Positions 29,292-39,040 are shown, numbered from the stretch's first letter. The stretch: 64,000 nucleotides of DNA from Candidatus Avelusimicrobium stercoris (GCA_002432025.1 DJFE01000015.1:17718-81717), one strand, 5' to 3'. Notes: a model not told the origin generated them from the letters alone. Numbers and translations: made by a program.

Positions 29292-30589
29292 TGTAAGTCC
29301 TGGCCGATAGCCCACTCCAAATCGGCCTTGGCGGACAGGTTTTCTTTAACCGCCTGCAAATAGCGCTGGGCCGTTTGCAGGTAAGCCTGTAAAGCTTCCA
29401 AGGATTCCGCCCCGTTTTTGGGTTGGCGCTGGGCTTGCTTTAAGAGCGCGTCCATTTCGCGGTAGGCGTTTTGGCGGGCCAATACCTCTTGTTGCCAGAA
29501 GGACATTTGTTCAAAGTTTTCGGCCACTTGCACGCGGATAGTGTCTTCTATGGCGGCGCGGCTTAAAGAACTTTTTTGCTGTTGGGCCTTCTTTTCGGTA
29601 ACTTGCGTAGAAAAATTGTACGAAAGCGGCAGACGGACCGCCAGCGAAATTTGCCTGTTTTGGTCCTCCAAGGTGTTGGCCCCCAGTTTTTCGTAAGAAG
29701 CGTTTAAAATAACATCCGGATAGCGGCGGGATAAAGCCAAATCAATGGCAATGTCGTCGGTTTCCAAGGCGTAAATGGCGGCCTTTAACTCGGGGCGGAA
29801 CTCCATCGCCCACAGGGTTAAGTGCGGCAAATCCCAATCGGTTTTAACGGGAGAGAAGTCTCCGCGGATAGTAACGCGGGCATTGAGTTCCTTATTTAGG
29901 CTCACGAGCATTGCCAAATTCGCCTTTTTTAAATCGTTTTCGGCCTGTTTTTGCGCGCTTTGCAGTTGGGATAAGGCGTTTTGCATACGCATTTTGGCCC
30001 AAATGCTGTGGGACGCGGACGAAGCGTTCCATTTTTGTGCCAATTCCCAAACGTGTTGGGTCAGTTGGGCGTTTTGTTGGGCATATAAAAGGCCCGCAAA
30101 GGATTTTTTAATATCCAACACCACCGCATTTTTGACGGATTCGTAGCGGCTTTGTACTTGTTTTAAATTGGCTTGCGCAAAGCGCAGGGTACTGCGGATA
30201 CGCCCGCCGGAATAGAGGTATTGCGTGGCGGTAATGCCCACGCCGTAGAATTGGTCTTTGTCGCCGTAATAACCATTGCCGGGCAGAAAGCGGTTGGCTA
30301 CGGCGTCGGGCAGGACCATAGGATAGTCCAAATCATACCAAGTGGCGGTGCCTTGCAAGGAAAACTGCGGCAAATAGCGGAACTTAGCCTCGGTTACCTT
30401 TTGCTCGGCAATGATAATTTCCTGCTTGGCCGCCAAGAACTTGGAGTTATTTTCCAAGCCCAAGCGGATAGCGTTTTCCAACGTCAGGTTATCGTTTACC
30501 AAACTGGAAAACGTCAGTCCGTATTCCTTTTGTGCAAAAGCGGCCTGAGCCAAAAGGCAAAGGGCCGCCAGCATTAAGATTTTCTTCAT
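29288..30589 (-). CDS. TolC family outer membrane protein
   Basis: Signal peptide, LTLENAIRLGLENN, YLPQFSL, two OEP-like halves. Confidence 0.85.
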   Translation of the reverse strand: MKKILMLAALCLLAQAAFAQKEYGLTFSSLVNDNLTLENAIRLGLENNSKFLAAKQEIIIAEQKVTEAKFRYLPQFSLQGTATWYDLDYPMVLPDAVANRFLPGNGYYGDKDQFYGVGITATQYLYSGGRIRSTLRFAQANLKQVQSRYESVKNAVVLDIKKSFAGLLYAQQNAQLTQHVWELAQKWNASSASHSIWAKMRMQNALSQLQSAQKQAENDLKKANLAMLVSLNKELNARVTIRGDFSPVKTDWDLPHLTLWAMEFRPELKAAIYALETDDIAIDLALSRRYPDVILNASYEKLGANTLEDQNRQISLAVRLPLSYNFSTQVTEKKAQQQKSSLSRAAIEDTIRVQVAENFEQMSFWQQEVLARQNAYREMDALLKQAQRQPKNGAESLEALQAYLQTAQRYLQAVKENLSAKADLEWAIGQDLQ

Positions 30590-30601
30590 ACTACCCCCGG
30601 G

Positions 30602-31054
30602 TTAGTGCTGCTTATTTTTATTGATTTCCGCTTCTACGCGGTCCATCATTTTATTAAATTCGTCTTGTAATTCGGTAAATTGGTCGCCTTGGCGCAAGCG
30701 CACCCGCTGGGAAAAATCCCCTTTGGCAATTTCCTTGCAGGTTTGCTCAATGCGGTAAACGGGCCCGGCCATTTTGTGCGATAAAATAGCGGAAATAATG
30801 ATAACCAACAGTAAATAAATGGCAATTTTATAGGCAAAACTGGCCGCCAGAGGGATAAATTGGTCGTACAGCGGCTGCATCAGAACGGGGTACTTGTCAA
30901 ACAGTTCGTCCAGCGTGGCCGTCAGTTCAAACGTCATAATCGCAAGCCCGCACAATACGCTTAAAATAATAAGCATCATATAGCGGATTTGCAGATTTTT
31001 TTTGATAAAAATCGTGCGGCGTTTAAACTGCGGCTGTTGCGGAGCGGTGTTCAT
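30602..31054 (-). CDS. Small two-TM HAMP-domain protein
   Basis: RR..FIKK.LQ, two TM segments, SHKMAGPVYRI...GDFSQRVRLRQGD. Confidence 0.75.
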   Translation of the reverse strand: MNTAPQQPQFKRRTIFIKKNLQIRYMMLIILSVLCGLAIMTFELTATLDELFDKYPVLMQPLYDQFIPLAASFAYKIAIYLLLVIIISAILSHKMAGPVYRIEQTCKEIAKGDFSQRVRLRQGDQFTELQDEFNKMMDRVEAEINKNKQH

Positions 31055-31062
31055 AAAATCCC

Positions 31063-31794
31063 CTAAAAGGTGGTTACGTAGCGCAACTGCAAAATGCGCT
31101 CGCTTTCATCTCCGCGGCCAATGCGGCGTACGGCCGCGTCCAACGCCAAGGAGGGGTGCAAGTAAAAGCGCGCGCCTAAGTTTAAGCGGGAGTCGCGGAT
31201 ATTGCGCAGGTTGTCCCACTCGGCCATTAAGCCCACTTGGTCGGCCAATTTATAAAATGTGCCCATAAACCAGTAGAGTTCGTCCCACTCAAAGTCGGAA
31301 AAGTTAAGCCCCGCGGTGGCGTTTAAACCGGGCACGATGATTTCGCGCGTAAAGGTTAAATAGCCGCCCTTGCGGTCGTCTAAGAATTTTTTGGTTTTGG
31401 CATAGTTGCGATGGCTGTCGTAGCCGTAACCGTAGCGGCGGCCGTCATAGCCGATGGCAATGGCGGGCAGGTACAAATTCCCGTCGTAAATCTTCCATTT
31501 TACTTGGAAATCCGGGTCTAATACGCGCACGGAAGAGTACGAGCCCAACAGTTCGTGCGCCGCAATGCTAAGCCCAATGTTAATGCGGGGATACACGCCG
31601 AAATCAATCGTTTCCATTACGGTTCCGTGGTCATAGGCTCGCGTTAAAAAGGATGCCTGATAGCGGTCAAACACCTCTGCGGTGGGAACATCCAAAATCA
31701 AGGTTTCCAGGGAAATCGGATCCCCTTGGGCGGCCCGTGCAAAAAGCGGGGCAAATAAGCAAATGGCGAGTACGGCAAGTTTTTTTAGTTTCAT
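31063..31794 (-). CDS. Putative outer-membrane beta-barrel (YjbH-like)
   Basis: Signal peptide, 'DVPTAEV', 'LPAIAIG', amphipathic strands, terminal Phe. Confidence 0.55.
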   Translation of the reverse strand: MKLKKLAVLAICLFAPLFARAAQGDPISLETLILDVPTAEVFDRYQASFLTRAYDHGTVMETIDFGVYPRINIGLSIAAHELLGSYSSVRVLDPDFQVKWKIYDGNLYLPAIAIGYDGRRYGYGYDSHRNYAKTKKFLDDRKGGYLTFTREIIVPGLNATAGLNFSDFEWDELYWFMGTFYKLADQVGLMAEWDNLRNIRDSRLNLGARFYLHPSLALDAAVRRIGRGDESERILQLRYVTTF

Positions 31795-31803
31795 AGTTAT
31801 CCT

Positions 31804-32364
31804 CTAAAATAAGAAAGTGCGGACGTCTTTAATTTCGGGCTGCGTGATAAAGCGTACATTGTGCAAGTATGCCCCTTCGCGCGCAGGCATAAAGTCATTT
31901 TTGTCTCGCGGAAATTCCAAATCAATAATGCCTTTGTCCATACGGGCCGTACTGCTGACGACGGCCTTGTGCCAGCGGTCGGTCTTTTCTTTGTCGTATG
32001 GGTTGGACGGGTTCCAATAGTTGCGAAGCACTACCGTACCCTTGGTAACGGCACCGCCTTCCAGCGGTTCGGTTTTTAAAATAACGTCCTTGGTAAATAA
32101 TACTTTACCCTTGCACGGGCCGTTTACAAAGGTAATTTTGTAATACGGGTCTTTTTCCGTGGGGCGTTTGTTAAGCGTGGCCAGCGAGTAAAGGGCATAG
32201 GGCTTCATAATATTTTGGCAAGCCGCAAAAACGTGCGTATTGAGCAAGCGTTCGTAATCTTGTTTGTCGTCTGTGCGGTTATAGGGGGATTCTTTTTTGT
32301 GGCGGCATCCGGCCACGGCAAAGGCTACACAGCAGATGAGCAAAAGACTTACTAATTTTTTCAT
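31804..32364 (-). CDS. Hypothetical lipoprotein
   Basis: GGAG RBS before ATG 32364; lipobox VAGC. Confidence 0.7.
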   Translation of the reverse strand: MKKLVSLLLICCVAFAVAGCRHKKESPYNRTDDKQDYERLLNTHVFAACQNIMKPYALYSLATLNKRPTEKDPYYKITFVNGPCKGKVLFTKDVILKTEPLEGGAVTKGTVVLRNYWNPSNPYDKEKTDRWHKAVVSSTARMDKGIIDLEFPRDKNDFMPAREGAYLHNVRFITQPEIKDVRTFLF

Positions 32365-32481
32365 AAATCGGGCTCCTAATAAATAAGTTCGCCCGCGTAC
32401 GGGCGCGCGTGAAACCAATATAACAAATTATACCCGTTTTTTATGGGAAAATAAACCAAAATCCGCTAAACAAAGGCAAAT

Positions 32482-32513
32482 AAAAAAGCCCCCGGTAAAA
32501 AAGGGGGCTTTTT
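32482..32513. terminator. Intrinsic terminator (bidirectional-looking)
   Basis: aaaaaagccccc...gggggcttttt. Confidence 0.7.
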
Positions 32514-32521
32514 AAGAGTTG

Positions 32522-34525
32522 TTATTTGCGGCCGGAGCGCGTTTGTCTGGCCCGGGCGGCGCTTTTTTTGTTGAAGTCCTTTTTTTGTTTTTTGGCGGCT
32601 TCGCGCATTTCCTGGGCGGCGGTGCTGACAGCGGGCTCCAAAATATCCTGTGAGGTTTCCTTGCTCATTTGCTGCAAGATACCCTTGCCAAATTTAACGG
32701 CGCGCGTCAGATCGCCCGTCAGTTCGGCGGAGGCTTGGCCTAAGGGCTTTTCCAAAATATCTCCGTTTACACTGTACCCAAAGTAGGGTGGCAGGTCAGA
32801 CGAGCCTAATACTTGGCTGACGGCCTGTCCGTCAGCGGCGGATGTAATGTACATTACGCTAAGGTCTTTGGGCGGTAAGCCTTTGTTGACGGCTTCGCTG
32901 GATGCTTGGCGGTTCTTTTCCTGCACTTGTACAAGGTCCTTGTCCGAATACACAATGTAGGGCGGTGCGGCGCGCTGAACCTGCTGTTGCAGCGCTTGGA
33001 TTTCGCGCGGGTCAGCATTATCGCCCATTTCCTGTATTTTGGCTTCAATAAATTGCTGTTTGATTTGGTTGTATTTGCCCAGAGGGTCGCCTTTGAACGT
33101 CAAGTTTGCGGCTTGGACGATGTTCGTTAAATCTTGGGTATTTTGCACGCTGTTGGCTACCCAATAGCAGTTGCCCTCGCCACATTGGTTGTTTTTAACC
33201 ATAAAGGCGTAAATTTCCTTGGTTTGCTCCTGCAAGGTTTGGTCCTGCTGGTTATCCGAGGGAGTGGCCGGGTAGGAATCCGCTTCGGCATTTACTTGCC
33301 CCGCCACAAAGGTAACCGGCAGGGGCGGAAGCGCAAAGCCTGTTTCTTGGTAGAAATTTTGGGCATTTTGCGTGCGCGCTGCGGCTACCTGCTGGGCCGT
33401 TTTTTGCGGGCTGGGCTCTATATCACACGAAGTTTGTACGGCGGCTGGGGAAGGGCCTTTGTCGTTACAAGAGCCTTGTTTTAAATTCCATAAAATATTA
33501 GCCACTTGGTCCACGGGTTGTTTTCCCTCGGCATCGGCGGCGATAAGTTCATTTACCTGGGCGATAATTTCTCCCTTGTGCTTGGCGTAGAAATCCTTAA
33601 TAAATTGGGCCTTTTGCTCTTTTTCATCCGCAGTTTTGGGGCTCGGATACAGCGCATCCGCCGTATCGTCGGCCAGTTTGGATAAGGCTTCGTCCGGCAT
33701 TAAGAACGAAATCGCGCGAACCATATCGTTTTGCGTAGGTTGCGGAGCGGGACCGCTGTCGGCTCCGAAAGCGGGGCCTTCAAAATCCTCCATTTGCGCG
33801 CGGGCAAAACCGGGGGCGTATTTCCCGCCGTTTCCGCGGGCAATTTTATCAGACGAAGCCAACAGGGCGGCTTCGCTTTCGTCCTGCCAAATATCGGGGT
33901 TGGCGGAGGTTTGTTTGGCATCGTTAAAGCCAAAGAATTTAGTAATCGGGCTAAACAGGCGCGCCAATTTGGAATCAGGCACTTGGGTTTCCCTGCTGGC
34001 GGAGTTGGCCGCCGGGGTAAAGCGCGCGGCGCGTTCTTGGCGGATGTAGCGGTCGTAGGCGTTTTCCTGCGTGTTAATTTCGTGCATACCTGGTTCCATC
34101 CCTTCGGGGGCGGTTTGGCGGATGAGCACCCAGTCGCCGTCTTCGGTTTGCATAGAGGCGTCGCCGTAATTATAGCGGCCGGAGGTAGCAACGCCGTCAG
34201 CCGTTTCTTGATTAGTGGGGGTTTTTTTAAGGGCGGCGCGGGCGTCGGCTATTTGCTCGGGCTGGGCGGCCTTGTTATCGCCGCTCTTTTGGGCAACTTG
34301 GGCCTTTTGCCGGGCGTTAGTGCGACGGAGCAAACGCGCCATACGTTGTACCAGCGCGGTTAAGGGGTTAGACGTAAAAATTTGCGGGGTGGCTTTTTGC
34401 GTGGCGGCGGAGGCTTGGGCGTTGGCCGGAGCGGGGGCGGTGGTTTCTAAAAAGGGTAACAGTAAAAACACGATAACCGCAACACACACGAGAAGCAAGA
34501 TAATTTTGCCAATGGTTTTTTTCAT
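32522..34525 (-). CDS. Large hypothetical membrane-anchored protein
   Basis: GGAG RBS before ATG 34525, single N-terminal TM helix, Gln/Ala-rich body; no recognisable domain. Confidence 0.7.
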   Translation of the reverse strand: MKKTIGKIILLLVCVAVIVFLLLPFLETTAPAPANAQASAATQKATPQIFTSNPLTALVQRMARLLRRTNARQKAQVAQKSGDNKAAQPEQIADARAALKKTPTNQETADGVATSGRYNYGDASMQTEDGDWVLIRQTAPEGMEPGMHEINTQENAYDRYIRQERAARFTPAANSASRETQVPDSKLARLFSPITKFFGFNDAKQTSANPDIWQDESEAALLASSDKIARGNGGKYAPGFARAQMEDFEGPAFGADSGPAPQPTQNDMVRAISFLMPDEALSKLADDTADALYPSPKTADEKEQKAQFIKDFYAKHKGEIIAQVNELIAADAEGKQPVDQVANILWNLKQGSCNDKGPSPAAVQTSCDIEPSPQKTAQQVAAARTQNAQNFYQETGFALPPLPVTFVAGQVNAEADSYPATPSDNQQDQTLQEQTKEIYAFMVKNNQCGEGNCYWVANSVQNTQDLTNIVQAANLTFKGDPLGKYNQIKQQFIEAKIQEMGDNADPREIQALQQQVQRAAPPYIVYSDKDLVQVQEKNRQASSEAVNKGLPPKDLSVMYITSAADGQAVSQVLGSSDLPPYFGYSVNGDILEKPLGQASAELTGDLTRAVKFGKGILQQMSKETSQDILEPAVSTAAQEMREAAKKQKKDFNKKSAARARQTRSGRK

Positions 34526-34627
34526 AACTGGCTCCATAAATAATAATATCCCGGTTTGGGCCACGCAGAACGCGCCTTTGCCGGTTCTTACCAATAGTTT
34601 ACCCGTTTGACGGGATTTTTTCAAGGG

Positions 34628-35389
34628 CTATTTTGCGTGGATAAGGCGCATTAAAATAGACCACGACTTTTTGAGGTGCGCCCAAACGGGATTGTCCGCT
34701 TGCGCCGGTTTGGTGGCTTGGGCGGCTTCTTCTTCGGCGGACGGAGGGAGGGTTAGCCCGGCGGCCTTTACCAGTTGGATAAGATAATTGGACGGCACGG
34801 AAAAATTTAAGTTTTGGTTGCCTTCTCCCTTGTAACTGCCGAAGACGACGGAAATTACGTTGCCGTTGTGGTCAAAAACGGGGCTTCCGCTGGAACTGGG
34901 GGAAATCGGCGCGCTGATTTGGTGCCAAAGTACGCCGTCTGCCTTTTTGCGGATTTGGCTGATAAGGCCCGAGGAAATGGTGTTTTGCAGGCGGCGCGGG
35001 TTGCCGATTACCGTAATGGTTTGCCCGGGCAGCACATTATCCGACGGCACTACGGTAACGTGCGGTAAATTTTTGGCGTGGATTTGCAAAAGGGCCAAAT
35101 CCACATTGCCCGCTTGTGCAACAGGGACGGCTTCGCCCGATACAGCCCCGGTATTAAAGGTTAAATTGATATAAAGGGCGTCCTTGGTAACGTGGCGGGT
35201 GGTGGCTACGAGGCCGTCCGGTGTGAGGACAAAGCCCGTGCCCGTAAAAGTGGAACCGTCCGCCTTGATGACGTTGACGGCGACAATTGCCGGGGCATTT
35301 TGCTCGGCGATGCGGACGTGGTCGTTTTGCGCCCGGGCGGGCAGCCCGAAGATAACCAGAAAAAGTAGAGCAAGCAGGGCGTTCCTCAT
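34628..35389 (-). CDS. Trypsin-like (S1C) serine protease without PDZ domain
   Basis: GTGF, TTRHV, DLALL, IGNP, ISPSSSGSPV, NLNF; signal peptide from ATG 35389. Confidence 0.85.
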   Translation of the reverse strand: MRNALLALLFLVIFGLPARAQNDHVRIAEQNAPAIVAVNVIKADGSTFTGTGFVLTPDGLVATTRHVTKDALYINLTFNTGAVSGEAVPVAQAGNVDLALLQIHAKNLPHVTVVPSDNVLPGQTITVIGNPRRLQNTISSGLISQIRKKADGVLWHQISAPISPSSSGSPVFDHNGNVISVVFGSYKGEGNQNLNFSVPSNYLIQLVKAAGLTLPPSAEEEAAQATKPAQADNPVWAHLKKSWSILMRLIHAK

Positions 35390-35480
35390 AATTTTATTAT
35401 AGCAAGAAAATGCGGGCAAGGTTGAAAACCAACTGGATAAATAGTACACTAATAGGGACGTCTGTTAAGGAGTTTATACT

Positions 35481-35954
35481 ATGGAAGAAGCATTTTATGT
35501 AAGCCGCAAGAAATATGAGGCTTTGGTTAATGAACTGAAAGATTTGAAAAATTTAAAGGCGGAACTTTCCAACGAAATCGGGGAAGCCGCCGCGCAGGGG
35601 GACTTGAAGGAAAACGCCGAATACCACGCCGCCAAGGAAAAGCAGGCGGAAACGCTGATCCGCATCCAAGAGTTGGAAATGCGTTTGCGCAACGCCCAAA
35701 TTACGGATGATTTGACTGTGGATAAAAGCGAAGCCCGCATTGGCGCTACGGTAACTATCCGCGACGAAGCGGCCGGCATTGAATTTACCTATACGCTGGT
35801 GGGTTCTATGGAATCCAACCCGGAAAAGGGCCTTTTGTCCGTTAAGTCGCCCTTGGCCAATGGTGTATTAGGCAAAAAAGAAGGGGAAACCTTTGAAGCC
35901 ATTTTGCCGCGCGGACCGAAAAAATACAAATTGGTAAAACTGGAATACAAATAA
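35481..35954 (+). CDS. greA: Transcription elongation factor GreA
   Basis: GDLKENAEYHAAK, S..SPL. Confidence 0.96.
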   Translation: MEEAFYVSRKKYEALVNELKDLKNLKAELSNEIGEAAAQGDLKENAEYHAAKEKQAETLIRIQELEMRLRNAQITDDLTVDKSEARIGATVTIRDEAAGIEFTYTLVGSMESNPEKGLLSVKSPLANGVLGKKEGETFEAILPRGPKKYKLVKLEYK

Positions 35955-35976
35955 TATTTATTGCCTAGTGGATAAT

Positions 35977-36013
35977 AAAGCCGCCCGAGGGGAAAACCCT
36001 TGGGCGGCTTTTT
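35977..36013 (+). terminator. greA terminator
   Basis: aaagccgcccgagg...ccttgggcggcttttt. Confidence 0.75.
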
Positions 36014-36056
36014 CACAGGCAAAAAGAACCCCCGGTTTTGGGCCGGGGGAGGAGAA

Positions 36057-37289
36057 TTATAAGCCGTTTACGATTTCGTTCATTGCTGCTTGGAAGGGGC
36101 TGGTCCCTTTAATCAACCAATGCATTACGGCTTCGTTCAAATTGGCTTCTTCTTCGGAGACGCCAGGATTGCCCGGGCGAGCCTGCGGAAAGCGGTGATT
36201 CTTGTTCATAAAAACTTTTAACTGCTTCAAGGTTTCCTGTTCGGACGGATACACCGGGGCGTATTCGGCAAACAACGCCTTGATTTGGGCAGACAATTTT
36301 TCAACCGGTTCAAAGTGATTCGCGCGGTCATCGTTCATTAACGTTTCGGTGCGGGTGTAGAGCATCAATTCGTTATTGTCCAGAGTGCTCCACTTGGGCA
36401 GGCGTCCATTGGCTTTTACGAACTTTTGTAAATCGGTCAGCGTGCGGGCATATACGGTTACGGTTTCCTTCATATTATCCGTCGTTTTGGCGGATTGGAT
36501 ACCTCGGGCATATTGCGTATAAGCATCAGACAACGCACCGCGAAGTGTTGCTTTATCTCCCCGAGACATAGAATTCGGATTCGGCATATTGATAAAGTGC
36601 TGGATGACGCCCTTGGTTTCGTTGGCTACCAGCGGGCTTTGCATCATATGGCGCAGTTTGAGGTTTACCTTGTGCGGGTGCGTAAGCAAATAATCATAGG
36701 CCGTATCTACAAAGGCTTCCTTGCCGTCTAAATGCATTAAGTCCATCATTCCGGGAGTTTCTTTTAAAACCGGGGAGTGGGACAAGGTATAATAATTCAC
36801 CAAGTCTTCCACCAACATATGTACGTCGCGCGACAGCAAATCGGCGCGCAGGAAAGCGCGCAGGCTTCTGTTGGTAACGGTTTTATCAATAAGGGCTAAA
36901 CCGGCTTTTTGGCCTTCTTCCTTGGTAATATAGTAAAGCGGGTCTTTCATCAAGGTATTGAGCAACATGTTGGCTTGTCTGGTTTCCAGCGTAGCCTCGT
37001 GCATTTTGTTCAATATAATCTTTTCAGTCGTCAATTCGTGTGCGCGGCTGATGGCGGGCACCGTTAAATTCGGTGTAGCGTTATAAGAGGGCACATAAAT
37101 TTTGGGCAATTTCGGCGCTTTAAGAAGCGGCGAAACCTTAACACCAACTTTGGAGGCGTTTTTAGCCACCCCAGCAGCCACTTTTTCGGCGGCTTTGACG
37201 CCGGTGGCAATTTCTTTGCCAGCGTTTTGGGCAAAGGACATAGTCGTCCCGAGGGAGACTATCATTAAAGCAGACATTAGTTTTTTCAT
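36057..37289 (-). CDS. Hypothetical exported protein
   Basis: 410-aa ORF, signal peptide (MKKLMSALMIVSLGTTMSFAQ), flanked by terminators; two related helical motifs near the C-terminus. Confidence 0.75.
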   Translation of the reverse strand: MKKLMSALMIVSLGTTMSFAQNAGKEIATGVKAAEKVAAGVAKNASKVGVKVSPLLKAPKLPKIYVPSYNATPNLTVPAISRAHELTTEKIILNKMHEATLETRQANMLLNTLMKDPLYYITKEEGQKAGLALIDKTVTNRSLRAFLRADLLSRDVHMLVEDLVNYYTLSHSPVLKETPGMMDLMHLDGKEAFVDTAYDYLLTHPHKVNLKLRHMMQSPLVANETKGVIQHFINMPNPNSMSRGDKATLRGALSDAYTQYARGIQSAKTTDNMKETVTVYARTLTDLQKFVKANGRLPKWSTLDNNELMLYTRTETLMNDDRANHFEPVEKLSAQIKALFAEYAPVYPSEQETLKQLKVFMNKNHRFPQARPGNPGVSEEEANLNEAVMHWLIKGTSPFQAAMNEIVNGL

Positions 37290-37328
37290 ACTTATAGTGT
37301 AAGAAATATGAACCTTGGACGAAAGAGT

Positions 37329-37363
37329 CTTTGGACCTAATGCAGGCTGGGCCTTTGGACCTA
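37329..37363 (-). promoter_or_regulatory. Paired TAGGTCCAAAG operator-like direct repeats
   Basis: Identical 11-mers at 37329-37339 and 37353-37363, 40-74 nt upstream of the ATG at 37289. Confidence 0.5.
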
Positions 37364-37365
37364 GG

Positions 37366-37399
37366 AAAAAAGAACCCGGCCTGTGGGGCCGGGTTCTTT
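37366..37399 (-). terminator. Terminator after the GH57 gene
   Basis: aaaaaagaacccggcc...ggccgggttcttt. Confidence 0.75.
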
Positions 37400-37413
37400 A
37401 AGCAAAAACTGCT

Positions 37414-39039
37414 TTATTGGTACTTTTTTAATACGGCTTCTTTGGCGGCTGAGGAATAGACGTTATAATCCATTTGCTGGAAGATAGAGTCCTTTTGTTC
37501 CAGGTCATAGACATATCCTTCGTCTATGCGGTTGCCTTGGATTTGCTCGTAGAGTTCGTTAAAGCGCTTGACGTGGTCCTTGGTACGCTTGGTGGAATAC
37601 TCCTTGGCCGTACCCGTGGTCATTAAGAACGCCCAGTCGGACGATTGCATCAGCACCAGTTCGCGCGCCAGTTGGTTGAGCGCCCGGCGCAGGAGCCCGC
37701 CTGCGTTAGGGAACTTGTTAGCCAGTTCCATCATCCGCTCGGCGGCTTTAATCAGGTGGCGGTAAATCCAATCGTTGCCGCTGTTGAGCCATACATCGTG
37801 GTAGCCCTTATCGCCCCAAGAGGACATAGACGGCTGCACCACTTGGTTTTCGGGGTACATCGCCAAGTATTCACTCGGCGTAACCAGTTTGATATCCTTT
37901 TGGTCGTAGTAAATCTTTTTGAACAGGTATTCCAAGAAATCAATACCTTCGTACCACCAGTGGCCGTAGAGTTCCGCGTCGTACATAGAAACGACTAAGG
38001 GCTTGCGGTCAATAATGGTGCTCAAATATTCAATCTGTTTTTGGCGGTTGAACATAAAGTTCCCGGCGTGCTGGGCGGCTACTTCGCGCGCTTCCTGCGG
38101 GTTGTAGGCCTGTTTTTGGTTCAGGGCTACTTTGCCGGTAATTTTATGGTATTTCATACCGATATTGCGGCGAACGCCGTCGGAGTGGAGATACGGCTTA
38201 ATATAGTCGTAGTCCAAGTCGTAACCGAGGTCGCGGTAAAACTCGCGGTAGCGCGGGTCGCCCGGGTAGCCGGATTCGGCGCTCCATACCTGTTGGGCCG
38301 ATTCCATATCGCGGGCAAAGGCGGCTACGCCCGTCTGCGGGCAATACACGGGGGCGTAAATGCCGTATTTCGGGCGCGGCGTGCCGTGCAGTACGCCGTG
38401 CGATTCGGTAAAGAAGAAGCGGATGCCCTCATCGCGCAAAAATTTATCGTCGCCCGGGTTGTAGGCGCACTCGGCCAGCCAAATCCCGCGCGGGGAGCGG
38501 CCGAAGCGGCTTCTGTAATCGTTGGCGGCAATTTTGATTTGGGCGTTGACGCTTTCTTTGTGTACCATTAAGGGCAAATAGCCGTGTGTGGCGCAGCAGG
38601 TGATAATTTCCAACTTGCCCATATCCTGGAACTTTTTAAAGCCCTGTAAAACGTGCCCGTGGTAGCGGTTTTCAAACAAATCCTGATAGCGGCGGAACTT
38701 GTTGTAATACATCCGCGCTACGCCCTCAAATTCGGTGCCTTGGGTGCGGTTGATTTCCTTTTGGGAAAGTTCCACCCGCTGGTTTAAATAATGGCGGAAG
38801 CGGTTAATAAGCAACGGGTCCTCCATCATATTGCACAAGGGCGGCGTGAGCGACATTGTCAGGCGGAAATCGGTGCCTTCTTCGGTCAGGTTTTCAAATA
38901 CGTTAAGCAAGGGGATATACGTTTCCACCATTGCTTCGTAGAACCAGTCTTCCTCCAAAAAGTCCGGGTATTCCGGGTGTTTGATAAACGGCAGGTGCGC
39001 GTGGAGCACCAGCGCCAGATAGCCTTTTTCTTCTCCCAT
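37414..39039 (-). CDS. GH57 family 1,4-alpha-glucan branching enzyme (DUF1957)
   Basis: LHAHLP, ETYIP, ATHGYLPL, WLAEC, YDAELYGHWWYEG, QSSDWAF. Confidence 0.92.
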   Translation of the reverse strand: MGEEKGYLALVLHAHLPFIKHPEYPDFLEEDWFYEAMVETYIPLLNVFENLTEEGTDFRLTMSLTPPLCNMMEDPLLINRFRHYLNQRVELSQKEINRTQGTEFEGVARMYYNKFRRYQDLFENRYHGHVLQGFKKFQDMGKLEIITCCATHGYLPLMVHKESVNAQIKIAANDYRSRFGRSPRGIWLAECAYNPGDDKFLRDEGIRFFFTESHGVLHGTPRPKYGIYAPVYCPQTGVAAFARDMESAQQVWSAESGYPGDPRYREFYRDLGYDLDYDYIKPYLHSDGVRRNIGMKYHKITGKVALNQKQAYNPQEAREVAAQHAGNFMFNRQKQIEYLSTIIDRKPLVVSMYDAELYGHWWYEGIDFLEYLFKKIYYDQKDIKLVTPSEYLAMYPENQVVQPSMSSWGDKGYHDVWLNSGNDWIYRHLIKAAERMMELANKFPNAGGLLRRALNQLARELVLMQSSDWAFLMTTGTAKEYSTKRTKDHVKRFNELYEQIQGNRIDEGYVYDLEQKDSIFQQMDYNVYSSAAKEAVLKKYQ

Positions 39040-39040
39040 A

